From the IMG/VR virus record IMGVR_UViG_3300010966_000050: DNA of 33,830 bases, one strand, 5' to 3'. Of this stretch, positions 30,557-33,830 are shown piece by piece. The position numbers were made by a program, and so were the translations under genes. This stretch comes from a virus. The notes beneath the pieces are model-generated. The model saw only the letters and a program-made list of their open reading frames with translations, had not been told where the DNA came from and searched no databases. Position 1 is the stretch's first letter, and every line of letters begins with the position of its first letter.

Positions 30557-31551
30557 TGCCATTACCTGTACCTGAACCGGCAGAATCAAGGAATGAATTT
30601 GTTGCTAGGTGTGTAATTGACCCAAATGTACAAGGGGATTTTGACACCGTTGAGCAACGTGTGGCTGTGTGCCAAAGTCTTTATGAGCAGGAAGTACAGG
30701 TAAAATCATACGAGGAAACTTTTGCGCAGGAGTTTGAAAAACGATTAGACAGGTTAGAAGCAAAGCAAGCTAAGAAGTGGCAAAAGTATTATCAGCAAGA
30801 ATACAATAATGCATCTGCAATGTTTATTCGCCAAGGTGGCAAATTAGATTCTAACGATATAAATGGTTTCTTTAAATACGACGACCTTAAAACACTTTAT
30901 GTTGAACTTTACACTGATATGGGTATGGAGTTTGCTTCGTGGTATGCAAAATCGTTTGAGAAGTTTACACCGAAGGGATTTGATATCAGCAACATAAGTG
31001 AGATTTGGAGTCAGGCATTTGCCTTTGTAGGACAAACGGTTGCAGCGCAAAGAGTTTCAGGTGTAAGTGGAACGGCAAAGAAGACATTAATTGCTGTTAC
31101 TCGTAAAATTATGGCTGACCCATTAATGCAGGTACAAAACGAGGCAGTAGTTGCTCGTGCGTTAAAAAAGGATTTTAGCCGTTATTCAACATATCAAGCC
31201 AAGAGATTAGTAAGGACCGAAGCAACCTATGCTGCAAACTACGGTAACTTGCAAGCTGCACAATCAATCTTTGCTGGTCGTGACTTATTAAAAAAATGGG
31301 GAACTGCACAAGACGAAAGAGTTCGGTCTGCACACGCAGCAGCACAAGGTCAGGTTGTTCCTGTTTCAAAGAAATTTAGTGTAGGAGGTGAAATGCTTAA
31401 TTTACCATCAGACCCAAGCGCAAGCGCAGGAAATAGAATAAATTGCCGTTGTTATACTACGTTTATTCCAAAAGCAAACGTAAATACGGTAGGTGGCTTG
31501 ATTAGTGATATTGGATTTGGTATTGCAGTAAACGAGTTGACAAACTTTTAA
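30556..31551 (+). CDS. Minor head (head morphogenesis) protein, SPP1 gp7 / Mu F family
   Basis: The C-terminal signature is RLVRTEATYAANYG....W.T..DERVRSAH....GQVV.......NCRCY. Confidence 0.85.
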   Translation: MPLPVPEPAESRNEFVARCVIDPNVQGDFDTVEQRVAVCQSLYEQEVQVKSYEETFAQEFEKRLDRLEAKQAKKWQKYYQQEYNNASAMFIRQGGKLDSNDINGFFKYDDLKTLYVELYTDMGMEFASWYAKSFEKFTPKGFDISNISEIWSQAFAFVGQTVAAQRVSGVSGTAKKTLIAVTRKIMADPLMQVQNEAVVARALKKDFSRYSTYQAKRLVRTEATYAANYGNLQAAQSIFAGRDLLKKWGTAQDERVRSAHAAAQGQVVPVSKKFSVGGEMLNLPSDPSASAGNRINCRCYTTFIPKANVNTVGGLISDIGFGIAVNELTNF

Positions 31552-31563
31552 AGTTTTTTTTTA

Positions 31564-31597
31564 TTTGTTTTTTCTAATCAGAAAAAGCATAATTTTG
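31564..31597 (+). promoter_or_regulatory. Bacteroidota-type promoter: -33 TTTG (31564-31567), 22-nt spacer, -7 TAATTTTG (31590-31597)
   Basis: Both elements are present with plausible spacing. There are 16 nt between the -7 box and the ATG at 31614. Confidence 0.55.
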
Positions 31598-31613
31598 AAC
31601 AAAATAAATTAGT

Positions 31614-32288
31614 ATGATATTTAAAGGAGCAGGTATTGACCCAAATTTAGTAGATGATGTCGAAGGCATCGTTGAAGGTTACGGTTCAATTTTTGGTAAT
31701 ATTGATTCTGATGGCGATATAATTGTCAAAGGAGCATATACCAAAACATTGACTGAAAATGGTTCAAGAGTTCGCTATGTAAACCAACACCGCATTGACC
31801 AACCTTTGGGCAAGATGGATATGTTGATTGAAGACGAAATCGGTTTGAAATTCAAAGCTAAAGTGCCATTGACTACGTTAGGCAAAGATGTTTTGCTTTT
31901 AATGAAGTCAGGTGTCTTAAATGAAAATTCGGTTGGTATCGTTCCTATTCAAAAGGAATATTCAAACGATGGTGTTCGTTTACTGAAAGAAGTAAAGTTG
32001 TACGAAATTAGTTGCGTTACCTTGGCAGCAAATCCTATGGCATTAATTACTAATGCAAAAGGTGAGATTGACCAAGATTTATTTAGTGCCCGTTTTGATG
32101 CTCTTAATCGTGTTATTAAAAAGGAAAACGTATCTGATGAACTTGGATACGCTATTGAAGCTGAATTGATGAAAATGAAATCATTGTTTATCGAATTAAC
32201 CACTCCGCCGGTAGAAAACACCACGGAGCCGGAAGTAAAGCAAGAGGACATTTCTGAAATTTTCAAATATTTAAAATCTAAAATTTAA
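31614..32288 (+). CDS. Prohead protease, HK97 family (S78)
   Basis: VEGYGSIFGNIDSDGDIIVKGAY....NQH....PLGKM is typical of HK97-type prohead proteases. The gene lies directly upstream of the capsid gene. Confidence 0.85.
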   Translation: MIFKGAGIDPNLVDDVEGIVEGYGSIFGNIDSDGDIIVKGAYTKTLTENGSRVRYVNQHRIDQPLGKMDMLIEDEIGLKFKAKVPLTTLGKDVLLLMKSGVLNENSVGIVPIQKEYSNDGVRLLKEVKLYEISCVTLAANPMALITNAKGEIDQDLFSARFDALNRVIKKENVSDELGYAIEAELMKMKSLFIELTTPPVENTTEPEVKQEDISEIFKYLKSKI

Positions 32289-32294
32289 CAAACA

Positions 32295-33491
32295 ATGTCA
32301 GAGGATATTAAAAAACAATTAGACGATTTAACGTCTGCAATCGATTCAAAAATTGAATTGGCAAAAGGTCAAGCTGCGGATAACGCATATAACAAAGCTG
32401 ACGAAGTATTGAAAGGTGAAATCAAAAACTTAGAAGCTAAGTTTGGTGATATTCACTCACGTTTAGATGCAGCTGAGGTTGCAGCTAAGAAAACTGCATC
32501 AGGTGCTTCTGCTCGTGATTTCAAATCTGCTTTGGTAGAAGGAATCAAAGGTGGCGCATTAGAGGCAATGGCAAAAGGTGAAGCTCGTTCTGCGAAATTT
32601 ATCGTTAAGGCTTCTGATATGACAACTGCTAACAGCTTTACAGGTGAAGTTATTCCTGCACAGCGTGTTCCGGGTATCAAGTATGACCCAACTCGTCCAG
32701 TACACGTTCGTCAATTACTTTCTGTTGGTTCTACTACATCTGACGTTATTCGTTATGTAAAAGAGACAGGATATGACAACGGTGCTTCAACAAAAGCGGA
32801 AGGTGCTACATTAGGTGAATCAGATTTCGATTTGACTGCAACTTCTGTAAACGTTGAGAAAATCGGTACTTATTTCCGTATTTCAGAAGAAATGTTAGCT
32901 GACACTCCTCAGTTGATTTCTTACTTGGCTGCTCGTGCTCCTGAGAAATTATTAACAGTTGAAGATACTCAATTGTTGTCAGGTAACGGAACTGCTCCAA
33001 ACTTGTCAGGTATCATCACTTCTGCTACTGCTTTCGCAGCAGGTGGATTCGCTAGTGCTGTTAACGCAGCTAACCAATTTGACGTATTGACGGTTGCTAT
33101 TAACCAATTGGCTTTGGTTAACTACACACCTGACTACATCATGTTGAACCCAACTGACTTCCACAAGATTCTATTGTTGAAATCTACAACAAACGAATAC
33201 TTGAAGGACCAAGTTTACATGGGTTTACAGCCACAATTCTTAGGAATCCCTGTAATTACAAACACAGCAATTCCAGTAGGTGATTACTTAGTTGGTAACT
33301 TCGCAACAGGTACTCAAATGTGGGTTCGTGAGAACATCAGCCTTGAGTTCTTCCGTGAGGATGGAACTAACGTGCGTGATGGTTTCGTAACAGTTCGTTT
33401 AGTTGAGCGTATCGCTTTATCTACTTATGCTCCATTGGCATTCGTAACAGGTGATTTCGCAACTGATATGGCTGCATTAGAAACTGCATAA
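32295..33491 (+). CDS. Major capsid protein, HK97 fold
   Basis: The protein is 398 aa with an N-terminal coiled-coil delta-like region and a body typical of HK97-family capsid proteins. The position after the protease supports the call. Confidence 0.9.
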   Translation: MSEDIKKQLDDLTSAIDSKIELAKGQAADNAYNKADEVLKGEIKNLEAKFGDIHSRLDAAEVAAKKTASGASARDFKSALVEGIKGGALEAMAKGEARSAKFIVKASDMTTANSFTGEVIPAQRVPGIKYDPTRPVHVRQLLSVGSTTSDVIRYVKETGYDNGASTKAEGATLGESDFDLTATSVNVEKIGTYFRISEEMLADTPQLISYLAARAPEKLLTVEDTQLLSGNGTAPNLSGIITSATAFAAGGFASAVNAANQFDVLTVAINQLALVNYTPDYIMLNPTDFHKILLLKSTTNEYLKDQVYMGLQPQFLGIPVITNTAIPVGDYLVGNFATGTQMWVRENISLEFFREDGTNVRDGFVTVRLVERIALSTYAPLAFVTGDFATDMAALETA

Positions 33492-33513
33492 GTTTAGTTG
33501 GTTTGAATAATAA

Positions 33514-33547
33514 GAGAGCCATGCATCTATTGGGTGGCTTTTCTTTT
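33514..33547 (+). terminator. Probable intrinsic terminator after the capsid gene
   Basis: AGCCA (33517-33521) pairs with TGGCT (33535-33539), extended by wobble pairs, followed by TTTCTTTTT. Confidence 0.45.
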
Positions 33548-33555
33548 TATCTTTG
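33548..33555 (+). promoter_or_regulatory. Bacteroidota-type -7 box TATCTTTG
   Basis: Perfect TAnnTTTG, 18 nt before the ATG at 33574. It contains the TTG at 33553 that the track used as a start. Confidence 0.45.
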
Positions 33556-33573
33556 AAAAAAAATTATAACCAA

Positions 33574-33810
33574 ATGGGAAAATTATTAATGAGCAGAACG
33601 GTATTTGATGGCAAGGTCTATCATAAAGCCGGCAATATTGTTGAGGTGAAACCGGAAGTTGAAAAGTGGTATTTGGAAAAGGGATTTGCTTATAAGTTTG
33701 ATGATAAAATCATTGAGGAATTAGAGGAAATTGAGGAGGTTGAGGTAATGCCTGAGCCGGAAGTGATTGAGACAAAAGAAGAAAAAAAAGTTTATCGTAA
33801 AAGAAAATAA
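33574..33810 (+). CDS. Hypothetical head-module protein with an acidic Glu-rich C-terminus (78 aa)
   Basis: I prefer the ATG at 33574. The sequence is MGKLLMSRTVFDGKVYH....EELEEIEEVEVMPEPEVIETKEEKK. The stop lies inside the terminal repeat and equals positions 33-35. Confidence 0.6.
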   Translation: MGKLLMSRTVFDGKVYHKAGNIVEVKPEVEKWYLEKGFAYKFDDKIIEELEEIEEVEVMPEPEVIETKEEKKVYRKRK

Positions 33811-33830
33811 CGATGCACCAAATTAAAATA
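33776..33830. repeat. Second copy of the 55-bp terminal repeat
   Basis: Exact match to 1-55. It contains a truncated second copy of the head-tail connector gene start (ATG at 33813). Confidence 0.9.

Noticed and set aside
31541-31563. A possible terminator at the end of the minor head gene, where AAACTT/AAGTTT form a hairpin followed by a T-run.
   Set aside because: The stem is 6 bp with a single G-C pair, the loop is 3 nt, and the hairpin includes the stop codon. It is too weak to call, although the T-run followed by a complete promoter (31564-31597) hints at some transcriptional punctuation.

Overview
The window is a complete, circularly closed tailed-phage genome of siphovirus type with an HK97-fold capsid module. 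Bases 1-55 recur exactly at 33776-33830, so the unique length is 33,775 bp. Every credible gene is on the + strand. The minus-strand and alternate-frame ORFs in the track look like shadows of + strand genes. Around the circle, the modules run as follows.
- Packaging and head (27394-33810): small and large terminase, portal, Mu-F/SPP1-gp7-like minor head protein, HK97-type prohead protease, HK97-type major capsid protein and a small acidic protein.
- Head-tail joining (38-1776).
- Lysis cassette (1766-2974): putative holin, M15 peptidase endolysin and a unimolecular-spanin-like lipoprotein. It is embedded inside the tail module.
- Two giant tail fibres (3002-9503), each ending in an S74-type intramolecular chaperone domain.
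- Tail tube to tail tip (10298-16123): two tandem major-tail-protein paralogs, a G/G-T tail chaperone pair with a canonical A_AAA_AAC -1 frameshift site, the tape measure and a 644-aa tail-tip protein.
- A self-contained metallophosphoesterase transcription unit (16262-17375).
- Early region (17383-27335): Erf / YqaJ-exonuclease / SSB-like recombination genes, a replication initiator with internal iterons, many tiny ORFs, VRR-NUC, DUF3310, and a ParB-domain protein overlapping a GT-A glycosyltransferase-like gene that is interrupted by one in-frame TAG.

I recognised no integrase, repressor, tRNA, CRISPR array, polymerase, helicase or primase. The missing Shine-Dalgarno sequences, the TAnnTTTG boxes in intergenic gaps and the low GC point to a Bacteroidota (Flavobacteriia-like) host. 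The most unusual items are the ParB + glycosyltransferase-like module, the low-GC cassette spanning the two fibre genes, the duplicated early-promoter architecture with a conserved AACAACAAAACA leader, and the metallophosphoesterase unit. All product calls come from reading motifs by eye. No database search was run.
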